In this document: piece by piece, positions 28,918-37,482 of the stretch
Layout: each line of letters begins with the position of its first letter
Position numbering within the stretch: the stretch's first letter is position 1
Assembly: GCA_036679605.1 (NCBI GenBank)
Contig: JAZDCZ010000324.1
Location: forward strand, 1-64,000
DNA from: Gemmatimonadota bacterium
GTDB taxonomy: Bacteria > Gemmatimonadota > Gemmatimonadetes > Gemmatimonadales > GWC2-71-9
Reading direction: 5' to 3'
DNA: 64,000 bases
Program-made: the position numbers and the translations under genes
Notes under the pieces: model-generated
Told to the model about the DNA's origin: nothing
What the model saw: the letters and a program-made list of their open reading frames with translations, nothing else
Databases searched by the model: none

Positions 28918-29663
28918 TCGAACTAAAAGGGGTCTGTAAGAGTTTTGGCGAGCACGTCGTTCTGGACGGTGTGGACTTCACCGTCGCGGAGGGCGAGACC
29001 GTGACTCTCATGGGTCCATCAGGAACCGGAAAGAGCGTTCTACTAAAGCACATTAACGGGTTGCTCCGCCCAGACAGCGGCGAAGTGTTCGTCGACGAGC
29101 TGAACATTCATACTCTCAAGCGGTCTGAACTGGCTCACCTCAGGAATCGAATCGGTTACGTTTTCCAGTTCGGCGCTCTATTCGATTCCATGAACGTGTA
29201 CGAGAACATCAGACTGGGCATAACGGATGAGGACTGCGCATCCGATGTCGGTTTCTGTCGGAAGCGCGTGTTGGAATGTCTCGATCTGGTGAATCTCGCT
29301 ACGGAGACCTCCGACAAATTTCCGGCCAACCTGTCGGGAGGTATGAAGAAGCGCGTGGGTTTGGCTCGGGCGATCGCCGGGCAACCATCATACCTGTTGT
29401 ATGACGAACCCACGTCAGGGCTCGATCCCGTAAACGCCGACATAATCGACTCTCTCATTGAGAAATTGGGAGATGAACTGGGTGTTACGAGCGTTGTAGT
29501 TTCGCATGATGTACGCGGCTCCTTTCGCGTCTCGGATCGCATCGTTTTACTTTCAGACGGGCGAATCCGTGCGGTGGGAACCCCCGGTGAACTAAGAGAG
29601 AGTGACAACCTGATGGTACAGCAGTTCCTAGAACGCGACCTGGGCACCACTCCGGCGACCTGA
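28914..29663 (+). CDS. mlaF: MlaF family ABC ATPase
   Basis: GPSGTGKS, LSGGMKKRVGLARA, YDEPTSGLDP; ATGA overlap with mlaE. Confidence 0.92.
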   Translation: MIELKGVCKSFGEHVVLDGVDFTVAEGETVTLMGPSGTGKSVLLKHINGLLRPDSGEVFVDELNIHTLKRSELAHLRNRIGYVFQFGALFDSMNVYENIRLGITDEDCASDVGFCRKRVLECLDLVNLATETSDKFPANLSGGMKKRVGLARAIAGQPSYLLYDEPTSGLDPVNADIIDSLIEKLGDELGVTSVVVSHDVRGSFRVSDRIVLLSDGRIRAVGTPGELRESDNLMVQQFLERDLGTTPAT

Positions 29664-29676
29664 AAGGTCAAGCACT

Positions 29677-30564
29677 ATGGATCTTTATTACAAACAAGAG
29701 GTTAAGGTCGGTCTTTTCGTCATTGTGGCGATCGTCGGATTTTTCGGTGGTATGACGTGGTTGACTGGAAAATCGTTCTTCTCGAAAGACGTGGAGGTTT
29801 CGGTTCGGTTTGAAGATGTCGGGACGCTGACGAAAGGTGACCCGGTAGAGGTATCCGGTGTCCGTATAGGGCGCGTCTCGGAGACGGAGTTGGAGGCGGA
29901 AGGAAGGGTGCTGGTGGTCCTAGAACTGGACGAACGGTTCGCACCCAAGATAGATGCGAATGCGACCATTAAGTCATTGGATTTTCTGGGCGCGAAATTC
30001 GTAGACTACACACCTGGCACGTCCTCCATGGCGCTTGGCGCAGATCAGGTAGTGATCGGGACGGCCGGCACGGACTTGGCCGAAACCACCTCGAAGCTCA
30101 CGGATAACGCAGTGGGGGTGATGCTGAACATGCAGCGCATGTTATCACAGCAATTGAGCGAGGACGTGCACAACACGTTGGTTGCCACGCAGCGCGCGCT
30201 CGAAGTAATGACCAATGTGGGTGAGGGTCCGGTCGTAAATGAGATACAGGAAACGCTCGCTGCCTTCCAGAGTGTGGCGGTACGGCTCGACTCCACGCTT
30301 GCGAATCCGGGAATAAACAAATCGTTGAGTCAGTTGGATGAACTCACCGAGAGCGTACAGGGGATGACCGACGGAATCGCCGGTGCCACTACGGCGCTTG
30401 GCGACTTACTCAGGTCGATGTCGGATACGTCAGGCTCGTTGGGCAAGATCCTCAGTGACACTACGATTCACGGTGACCTGCACGAGTTGATGGTCTCTCT
30501 CAGGAAGTTGTTGGATGACATCAGAGAACGACCGGGGCGGTATACCTTTATATCGGTGTTTTAG
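29677..30564 (+). CDS. mlaD: MlaD/MCE family protein
   Basis: N-terminal TM, MCE motif L..GDPVEVSGVRIGRV, helical tail. Confidence 0.9.
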   Translation: MDLYYKQEVKVGLFVIVAIVGFFGGMTWLTGKSFFSKDVEVSVRFEDVGTLTKGDPVEVSGVRIGRVSETELEAEGRVLVVLELDERFAPKIDANATIKSLDFLGAKFVDYTPGTSSMALGADQVVIGTAGTDLAETTSKLTDNAVGVMLNMQRMLSQQLSEDVHNTLVATQRALEVMTNVGEGPVVNEIQETLAAFQSVAVRLDSTLANPGINKSLSQLDELTESVQGMTDGIAGATTALGDLLRSMSDTSGSLGKILSDTTIHGDLHELMVSLRKLLDDIRERPGRYTFISVF

Positions 30565-30614
30565 GGAATAGGGAGTAGGGAGTAGAGGGGGGAAAGTCCC
30601 TATATTCGTCCACA

Positions 30615-31535
30615 ATGTTATCCGTCAAATTTCTAGGTACATCCGCCGCTAGGCCCACGGTCGAGCGTTCGGTGTCGTCCATTGTGGTGACGCGCAAGGG
30701 CGAAACGCTGATGTTCGACTGCGGCGAGGGTACTCAGCGCCAAATGATGCGCTACGGTGTGAGCTTCTCGCTCTCAGAAATTTTCTTTACCCACTTTCAC
30801 GCAGATCACTACCTGGGGATTATCGGCCTGGTTCGGACCTTGGCGCTTCAGGGCCGGACCGACGTCATGCATCTCTACGGACCGAGAGGGGCGAACGCCG
30901 TCCTCGACGGATGTATGCAGTTAGGATTCGAGCGCCCGGGCTTCCGTGTCGATATTCATGAGATCAAGGCCGGAGATTGTTTGCAACGAGAGGAATACGA
31001 TATCGAGGTGGTCGCGGTAGAGCACGGCCGCGATGCCGTGGGATACGCCATCAGGGAGCATGAACGTCTCGGGCGTTTCGAACCCGAGAAAGCGCGCGAG
31101 CTGGGAGTGGTCGAGGGGCCGTTGTGGGGCAAGCTGCACAAGGGCGAGAGTGTGACGCTGGATGACGGCCGAGTGGTGGCGCCGGACGATCTCGTGGGGC
31201 CCAAACGCCCCGGTAGGTCGGTGGTGCTGAGTGGTGATACGCGGCCATGTGAGAGCGTAGTTGCCGCGGCCGAGGGAGCAGATCTGCTGGTTCATGACGC
31301 AACGTTCGGTGAGGAAGAAAAAGATCGGGCGCGAGATACCGATCATTCTACGGCTACAGAGGCCGCACAGGTTGCGTTGGCGGCCCGGGCCCGGAGGCTA
31401 GTGCTGACCCATTTGTCGGCGCGCTACTCAATAAGCGAGAAGCTATTGGCTGAGGAAGCGCAAATGGTGTTCAAAGATACGGTGGTGGCCCGGGATGGTA
31501 TGGTGATCGAGGTACCGTATGTCGGAGAAGGGTAG
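30615..31535 (+). CDS. rnz: Ribonuclease Z
   Basis: FLGTSAARP, DCGEGTQ, THFHADH, exosite GPLWGKL, SGDT, HDATF, HST, THLSARY. Confidence 0.96.
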   Translation: MLSVKFLGTSAARPTVERSVSSIVVTRKGETLMFDCGEGTQRQMMRYGVSFSLSEIFFTHFHADHYLGIIGLVRTLALQGRTDVMHLYGPRGANAVLDGCMQLGFERPGFRVDIHEIKAGDCLQREEYDIEVVAVEHGRDAVGYAIREHERLGRFEPEKARELGVVEGPLWGKLHKGESVTLDDGRVVAPDDLVGPKRPGRSVVLSGDTRPCESVVAAAEGADLLVHDATFGEEEKDRARDTDHSTATEAAQVALAARARRLVLTHLSARYSISEKLLAEEAQMVFKDTVVARDGMVIEVPYVGEG

Positions 31536-31554
31536 CAAGTGGGAAGTGGGAGGC

Positions 31555-31584
31555 TTGACTGGGTTTAGGCCCCTCCTTTACGTT
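31555..31584 (+). promoter_or_regulatory. Probable sigma70 promoter of the tRNA pair
   Basis: TTGACT-N18-TACGTT followed by a GC-rich discriminator. Confidence 0.5.
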
Positions 31585-31632
31585 CAGCGGCGGCCACCCC
31601 GCCCCTCAAAAGGGTGGGGTGCTGTATTTTAA

Positions 31633-31705
31633 GGGGCTGTAGCTCAGATGGGAGAGCGCTGCGTTCGCAATGCAGAGGTCAGGGGTTCGATCCCCCTCAG
31701 CTCCA
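31633..31705 (+). tRNA. tRNA-Ala (anticodon CGC)
   Basis: GGGGCTG acceptor stem, CTGCG-TTCGCAA-TGCAG anticodon arm, GGTTCGATCCCC T arm; CCA tail not encoded. Confidence 0.95.
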
Positions 31706-31706
31706 C

Positions 31707-31779
31707 TGCCCCGTGGTGTAACTGGCAACACGTCTGACTCTGGATCAGAAGAGTCCAGGTTCGAGCCCTGGCGGGGCAA
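31707..31779 (+). tRNA. tRNA-Gln (anticodon CTG)
   Basis: TGCCCCG/CGGGGCA acceptor stem, TCTGA-CTCTGGA-TCAGA anticodon arm, GGTTCGAGCC T arm; CCA tail not encoded. Confidence 0.95.
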
Positions 31780-31780
31780 T

Positions 31781-31820
31781 TCAAAATAGGTCGCGGCCCA
31801 AGAGGCCGCGGCCTTTTGAA
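31781..31820 (+). terminator. Terminator hairpin after the tRNAs
   Basis: AGGTCGCGGCC..GGCCGCGGCCTTTT. Confidence 0.75.
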
Positions 31821-32134
31821 TTGCCCCCACCAGGGCATCGCCGTCGTCTCTCGCCTTTGGCTCGAGACATACCGGTCGAGCCCATCGTGTTCGCCATCGC
31901 GTCTCGCTGCGCTCGACGCATTCCGGTCCGAGCCCTGGCAGGGGAACTATAAGCGAGTCAAGCGGTTAGGGTAGCTCGCTGTGGCATTTTGGAGGGCCCC
32001 TCACCGAAGTTGGTGTCCGGATTTTTTTCGCTGTGAGATCCTCGTCGCATGTTATGCTGCGTTGCTACCCACTGGCTGGCGACCTGCGTCCTCGCGCCGC
32101 ATCTTAGTGATGCTACCAGCCGGAGCGCTGCGCC

Positions 32135-32257
32135 GTGACCGAAGCCATGGAACGCCTCAAGACCGCCCTTGCAGACCGCTACGCCATCCAGGAAGAGATC
32201 GGCGCCGGTGGCATGGCGACCGTCTACCTCGCTGAGGATCTGAAGCACAACTGTTGA
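32135..32257 (+). pseudogene. N-terminal fragment of a Ser/Thr protein kinase
   Basis: MTEAMERLKTALADRYAIQEEIGAGGMATVYLAEDLKHNC*; the glycine-rich loop is present, then a stop. Confidence 0.85.
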
Positions 32258-32266
32258 GGAGACGCC

Positions 32267-32452
32267 ATGGTTAAGGGCACCAAGAAGAAGCCAGATAGGC
32301 GGAAAGCCGTAAGACGGCTCGCGAACATCCCCGTGATGGTCGATCACCGCGTGCATCAGCGTCGTAAGCACTCACCGATGAGCCAGGCACGTTACTGCGT
32401 CAAGTGCGGCACTCAGCTTGATCCGCCGGGTAGCACCTGTCCTGTTTGCTAA
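32267..32452 (+). CDS. Small protein with C-terminal zinc ribbon
   Basis: GAGGAG RBS; CVKC..CPVC. Confidence 0.5.
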   Translation: MVKGTKKKPDRRKAVRRLANIPVMVDHRVHQRRKHSPMSQARYCVKCGTQLDPPGSTCPVC

Positions 32453-32560
32453 CGACGACGCCGGAGTCCGTTTCCAGTCACACTCTCCGAGTCGACGCTG
32501 ACGTTGTAGACTCCCGATGACCGAGCGGCTAGATCAACGACGAGGATACGATGAAGACGA

Positions 32561-33001
32561 ATGACCAACGGGGATGCACGGCGACGCTCATTCGACCAAG
32601 GACGATGGATGTCCGAACGACAAAAACGTAGGTTGCTCGTCGTCGACGACCCTGCACCAGAAGATGGCGAACGAGCGGTATTTAAGGCCGACGTGAACCC
32701 CGCTCTCAAGGGCTCAGGAGAGCTAGATCTTGAGTGTGGGAGTTGTGGCGCCGTGCTCGCTCAATCCATCTGGCCTTATGTGGTCTATGACGTTGGATTG
32801 ATCTGTGCAGATTGTGGAGCTTTCAACGACACACCCTCAGCGGTAGGTGGGATGGCGTTAGGGCCCGTGCTTTACGTGCCTGTGGGAACTTATATATTTC
32901 CCGCGAGCCTTTCAGTCAGAAAAGATGTCCCGATTATTGGGGAAGCGTTTCCAGGAGCCGGTCCGCCTGCAGCGGGAAGTCTCGTCGAGCTACCTCACTA
33001 G
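32561..33001 (+). CDS. Hypothetical zinc-ribbon protein
   Basis: CGSC and CADC pairs. Confidence 0.6.
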   Translation: MTNGDARRRSFDQGRWMSERQKRRLLVVDDPAPEDGERAVFKADVNPALKGSGELDLECGSCGAVLAQSIWPYVVYDVGLICADCGAFNDTPSAVGGMALGPVLYVPVGTYIFPASLSVRKDVPIIGEAFPGAGPPAAGSLVELPH

Positions 33002-33007
33002 TAGCAA

Positions 33008-33358
33008 ATGGTAACCCCGAACAAAGGGACAGAAGGCGATATTATAGCACGCAGGTATCAACACGGTGTCCTGAAAGAGTTTTTCGTAATGCAATTCCTC
33101 AATGGCAAGATACATGACGGTGAGCGAACACTCCTAGAGGGTCTCTCGATCTACATCAAAGAGGTAACCAAGCCGTCTGGCATCAAGTCATGGTCCGGCG
33201 GGTTTGATCTACCCGAGGACAAATATATTGAAGTAGGTGGACCGTACAGAATCTCTCTTGAGGACGGACGCACAGGCGACATACTCGTAACCGAGGTAAA
33301 TTATTCGTCTCGCTCACCAATTCGGGTGTTCTTCAAAGGAGTTAGCCCGCTTGATTAG
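33008..33358 (+). CDS. Hypothetical protein
   Basis: Protein-like composition; start may be the ATG at 33089. Confidence 0.55.
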   Translation: MVTPNKGTEGDIIARRYQHGVLKEFFVMQFLNGKIHDGERTLLEGLSIYIKEVTKPSGIKSWSGGFDLPEDKYIEVGGPYRISLEDGRTGDILVTEVNYSSRSPIRVFFKGVSPLD

Positions 33359-33403
33359 AACCGTCCATCGGTGGTCGGGAGACATTAAACTCAACGGAGA
33401 GGA

Positions 33404-33664
33404 TTGCAAGAGAGAATGACAGGTTCACAGTACGACAAGTCTGAAATCGAAACAATCCGCACCCGAGCACGGCTCGGCGATCTCAAGGAGCTACGGTGCC
33501 CACGGGACAGCGAACGCTTGCTCACCGATATAGTAGCACGCTTGATCGACGAGGAAGAACCAGCCGTCGGTGTCAGATGTGGAGATAATCTCGACGTAAA
33601 GACTGTTTCGGTGACGTGCACGAAATGTGGCGCTGAGGCCGCTCTGATTCGCCTGGGTCGATAA
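33404..33664 (+). CDS. Hypothetical Cys-containing protein
   Basis: GAGAGGA RBS; CPRD..CTKC. Confidence 0.5.
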   Translation: MQERMTGSQYDKSEIETIRTRARLGDLKELRCPRDSERLLTDIVARLIDEEEPAVGVRCGDNLDVKTVSVTCTKCGAEAALIRLGR

Positions 33665-33695
33665 GGGAGGCACAGAGTACCGTACTCGATGCGTT

Positions 33696-33998
33696 GTGCA
33701 AACAGTTGGACTGAGAGAGAGCTTGACGAGGAGACGAGTGGGTAAGGTTTCTGACACCGACCACGAAATAGCTCGAAGACTACCTGACGAATTCCTCAGA
33801 GGTAGCGGCATCTCGGGTAACCGGGTTGTGCGACTGGTGAACGCGCATTGGGGGTCGTATGATAATCCAGCCCGTGCCGAACTTGCCCAGGCACTGCTGC
33901 CGATCCTGGAGGAACTTCTCTACGCCGGAGCCTACGTCACTGACGAACATCGTGATCTCTGCGAGGGTGTGGTGACGGTTTGGTTGGAGAGACAGTAG
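33696..33998 (+). CDS. Hypothetical protein
   Basis: ORF with GAGGAG before an internal GTG, the likely start. Confidence 0.45.
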   Translation: MQTVGLRESLTRRRVGKVSDTDHEIARRLPDEFLRGSGISGNRVVRLVNAHWGSYDNPARAELAQALLPILEELLYAGAYVTDEHRDLCEGVVTVWLERQ

Positions 33999-34106
33999 GC
34001 TCTGTGTCTACGTTGCAGAGAGCCACCTTACCGATACCCCAGCGAAAGCATAACTTGAATGCCCAACGACTATCTGGCAGCAAACCTCAGACAGTGAGAG
34101 CAAGCG

Positions 34107-34370
34107 ATGAACAAGAGGCTTAGTTGCGGTGGACACATTATCGTCGCGATCCCAGAACGTGTGCCAGAATCGACGGAGTGGTACGCCAATGGTCGTATTG
34201 AACGCCTACGCGCCGATGGACCAGCGGTGTACGAGCGTAGTCCCGGTAACATATGTGCCACCGAGGAAGAAGCTGTGAAGTGCTACCACGCCTTCGGACA
34301 GCAGGTCATTTACGATGGCATTCAACTCACCCTGTCTACCGGTGATCCGAAACAGTTGGGGAAGCAATGA
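34107..34370 (+). CDS. Small hypothetical protein, tandem paralog 1
   Basis: MNKRL..I.VA.P....EW....IE...ATEEEAV...HAFG pattern shared with the next ORF. Confidence 0.65.
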   Translation: MNKRLSCGGHIIVAIPERVPESTEWYANGRIERLRADGPAVYERSPGNICATEEEAVKCYHAFGQQVIYDGIQLTLSTGDPKQLGKQ

Positions 34371-34612
34371 ACAAGAGGCTTGAGTATCAGGGATACGTTA
34401 TCGTCGCGACCCCCACTCAAGTGCGAGAATCGGAGTGGAGCACCCGATGTGATATTGAACAACACTCCGACGACGGTTTTGTTATGATAAAGTACTTCGA
34501 CGCAACCGCGGATACATGGGCCACCGAGGAAGAGGCTGTGAGAGAGTCCCACGCATTTGGGATGCGGATCATAGACTGCGAAGTCCCCGGTCTGTCCATC
34601 GGGGGGTTGTAG
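34367..34612 (+). CDS. Small hypothetical protein, tandem paralog 2
   Basis: Same start ATGAACAAGAGGCTT and shared GCCACCGAGGAAGA.GCTGTG; ATGA overlap. Confidence 0.7.
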   Translation: MNKRLEYQGYVIVATPTQVRESEWSTRCDIEQHSDDGFVMIKYFDATADTWATEEEAVRESHAFGMRIIDCEVPGLSIGGL

Positions 34613-34619
34613 GAGAATC

Positions 34620-34882
34620 ACGTTAACAGGTTTTCTCGGCCTAACGACCTCTTTGAACGGTCTGAAGAACTGACCTAAGCTGATGTCCAGCGGTGCCAAG
34701 ATCGCCGCCAGTGTCTCCACCGTAACGCCGCTCTCGCCGCGTTCTAACCTACCCACATAGGTACGGTGCACCCTGGCCTTCTGGGCCAGAGATTCCTGCG
34801 ATGTAATCCCCGCCCTTAGCCGCAACTCTCTTAGTCGTTCGCCAATCCTCTTCCTGAACTTGGCGTTGATGTGTTGAGCCAT
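34620..34882 (-). CDS. XRE-family HTH regulator (3' end uncertain; ORF reads through to 34322)
   Basis: IGERLRELR..SQESLA..VHRTYVGRLERGE. Confidence 0.85.
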
Positions 34883-35008
34883 AGAGGATCATGCTACTTC
34901 TATGATTCAACTATGCCGCGTGCATTGCAGCGCCAGAAATGGAAAGGAGGACAGAAGGATATCGTACAGCGGTGCCGCAGACCAGTTGCTGTCGGCCTCA
35001 GCGACGGC

Positions 35009-35623
35009 CTATACCTCGCTCCGTTCGAATGGCACACGCGCCGCCCTCTGAAAAAGCAAAGCGGATCCAACGAAGAGCACGACGAAGAACGCGTTCAACC
35101 CCACGATCTCTCGCGGCCCGTTTACTGGGGCACCCAACCCGGCGATGAGCGCGATCACGGCGATCAACGCCTGGGTGAACGCCGCCGCGAACAACGCGCG
35201 TGCCATTCCACGGGGTCGGAAGCGCGCGATGATGGCACCGATGATACCGACTGCCAGCACCCCGCCATACATCAGGTTGGCGTCGTTGTTCTCGGACCCG
35301 ATGATGCCAACTGCGCCGTTCACCCAGACCAGGATGAACGCGGCCACGAGCGCAACGCCAACGCCGGCGCGGTACGCAGTGTCGCCTGACTTTCTCACTG
35401 CCAGTTCAAGGGGAATGCCGACGCCGAGCAGAAGGGCGCCGGCTAGAGCGAAGTCGGCCACACTCCAGTTCACCTCATCGGTGAACTGCATTGCAACCAG
35501 GGGCAGCAGCAGGACAACCGCCGCGGCTGACCAACCCGCGATCCTCCAACTGCTCCTGCGCCGTTCGCCTCCGCTTCCCGAGTCTCGTGTCATCGCCTTG
35601 TCTCCATGTCCGTCTATGTCCAT
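35009..35623 (-). CDS. Hypothetical multi-TM membrane protein
   Basis: LLLPLVAMQFTDEVNWS..WVNGAVGIIGSE; about six TM segments. Confidence 0.8.
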   Translation of the reverse strand: MDIDGHGDKAMTRDSGSGGERRRSSWRIAGWSAAAVVLLLPLVAMQFTDEVNWSVADFALAGALLLGVGIPLELAVRKSGDTAYRAGVGVALVAAFILVWVNGAVGIIGSENNDANLMYGGVLAVGIIGAIIARFRPRGMARALFAAAFTQALIAVIALIAGLGAPVNGPREIVGLNAFFVVLFVGSALLFQRAARVPFERSEV

Positions 35624-35711
35624 TGCCCAGCCATGATTCAGTAAAGTACTTTATGATACAAAGTTCGTCAACCGCTTAAGCTGCCCACCGAGCGGGTGAC
35701 CTCCACTATCT

Positions 35712-35812
35712 TCAACGTGGAGTCCTCGGTCTCACCACCTGCTTGAACGGTCTGAAGATCTGACCACGGCGGCCAAGATCGCCGACTCCGCTCTCACCGC
35801 GTTCTAGCCCAT
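35712..35812 (-). pseudogene. Eroded 3' fragment of a second copy of the XRE gene
   Basis: LERGESG..GQIFRPFKQVVRPRTPR* is collinear with 34630-34750, with deletions. Confidence 0.75.
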
Positions 35813-35898
35813 CGGGGTCAGTGAGTGTTCGCATCGTGGATGGTCGCGTTGAATCGGTTCTGTTTTCGACCGGAGCCCCATAGTATCTTTGTCGCATC

Positions 35899-36354
35899 AT
35901 GGTCACGCTACATCGGTTCGGCCACAGTCAGAAGAGGACGAGGTTAGTGGCATACTTTCGACGGGCCAGTCGTCTTAGTGAACTCGTGCTACCGCTGTTC
36001 ACTGCGCTGCTTCTCTTTGGGGGCGTCACGCTTCAGAGCGTGCGCACCTGCCCGCACCACGCTGCTCGCCACCATGGACCGAGTCAATCGGCGCTCGCGC
36101 CTACTCCAGAGTCTCAATCCGCTGAACAGACACACGCCGCAGCGGGCGAGAACCATGAGGGACGACCAGGCCCTTGTTCGTGCCTCGGCGCGTGTGAACT
36201 CGTGCAGAGCGCAGATCATGCCCATACCGGTGGAAGCACCTTTCTTGGTCTCCGCCCAACGCATGCACTCTCACTAGACAGACAGAGCACCGCCGCCGTA
36301 TGCAGCGCCGTCGCCCTGTTGCCTCCCGCGCGCGCCCCTCCAGTCACTTCCTAG
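35899..36354 (+). CDS. His/Cys-rich DUF2946-like leader protein ending in RAPP
   Basis: Hydrophobic N-region, CPHH, CSCLGAC, C-terminal PPARAPPVTS. Confidence 0.65.
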   Translation: MVTLHRFGHSQKRTRLVAYFRRASRLSELVLPLFTALLLFGGVTLQSVRTCPHHAARHHGPSQSALAPTPESQSAEQTHAAAGENHEGRPGPCSCLGACELVQSADHAHTGGSTFLGLRPTHALSLDRQSTAAVCSAVALLPPARAPPVTS

Positions 36355-36403
36355 CCACAACTCAGACTGCAAACAGCAAGCGGGCCGTAGCACGCTAGAA
36401 CAG

Positions 36404-37297
36404 GTGCTTACGGCTGTACGAGCGTCGTGGTGCCAACTCCTGAAACGGAGGACAAGCGTGCATATCAGAAGGTCTGAAATTCAAAGGATTACGGGGTCAA
36501 CTGTTCGAGTAGCATTAATGCTCGCAGTGCTCACATTCGGAGCACGTGAAGCCCGAGCCCAAGAGGGCGAGTCGCACGAAGAAGATGGTCACAGTCATGG
36601 ACTGCACTTCTCCCACCCACTGTTTACCGAGTCCATCTCTCCGGATACCAAACTCCGAGCCAACACTGGACGCGAGTGGGAAACGGACGGCAATGCATGG
36701 GAACTCGAAGCGGAGGGAGAATACGCTTTCGACCGCTCCTTCAGCATCGAGGTTGGCCTTCCCTACTTGGTTCTCCAACCATCCGGTCTGAGCAGCACTT
36801 CAGGAGTGGGAAACCTCGAGGTCCTTTTCAAGTTCGCGAACTTTGCGTTTGAAGAGCACGGGTTACTGCTGGGCTACGGCATCGAGTTCGAAGTTCCCAC
36901 CGGTGATGACGCCAAGGGCATTGGAAGCGGCCACATCTGGGAGGTTGCGCCCGTCTTGAACGTGGGCTACAAGCGCGGCAACTTCGAACTGGTCGGTTGG
37001 ACGATCTTTGGGATCCCGTTCGGCCAGGAAGCCGGCGAGGCAGTCGAGACCGACTTCGTGTATAACGGCTCCTTGCTCATGCACGTATCGCCGCGGGTCC
37101 AGTTGCTCGCAGAGCTAAACGGCGAGACCGTGCTGAGTGGTGCTGAGGCGGGCACTACACTGGTGCGGCTTTCACCCGGTGTGAAAGTCGCGCCGTCGCG
37201 TGCCATTCCGCTCCTTCTCGGTGTCGGTGTGACGTTTCCGTTGTCGGACTCGGAGCTAGACGCTGGAGTGCTGGTGTCACTGTTTTACCATTTCTGA
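36404..37297 (+). CDS. Outer-membrane beta-barrel transporter-like protein with His-rich N-terminus
   Basis: Signal peptide ending ARA-Q, HEEDGHSHGLHFSHP, alternating beta strands, terminal FYHF. Confidence 0.7.
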   Translation: MLTAVRASWCQLLKRRTSVHIRRSEIQRITGSTVRVALMLAVLTFGAREARAQEGESHEEDGHSHGLHFSHPLFTESISPDTKLRANTGREWETDGNAWELEAEGEYAFDRSFSIEVGLPYLVLQPSGLSSTSGVGNLEVLFKFANFAFEEHGLLLGYGIEFEVPTGDDAKGIGSGHIWEVAPVLNVGYKRGNFELVGWTIFGIPFGQEAGEAVETDFVYNGSLLMHVSPRVQLLAELNGETVLSGAEAGTTLVRLSPGVKVAPSRAIPLLLGVGVTFPLSDSELDAGVLVSLFYHF

Positions 37298-37482
37298 GCG
37301 GGCTCGGTTCGCGAATGACTTACGGGATGACCACCGGGAAACTTCGGTGACACAGTGACTCTCGTCATCCATTCCTCCGTAGTACGGTATATATATCGAT
37401 ACCGATATCGTAATACGGTAACCGCATTGAGGTGCACAACAATCTTTTGGAGAGGCTCTGGCCGAAGTAGACCTAGGTACGA

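Noticed and set aside
34322..34620. Real C-terminal domain on the XRE protein
   Set aside because: It is antisense to a credible ORF, and the paralogous fragment stops at the equivalent point.
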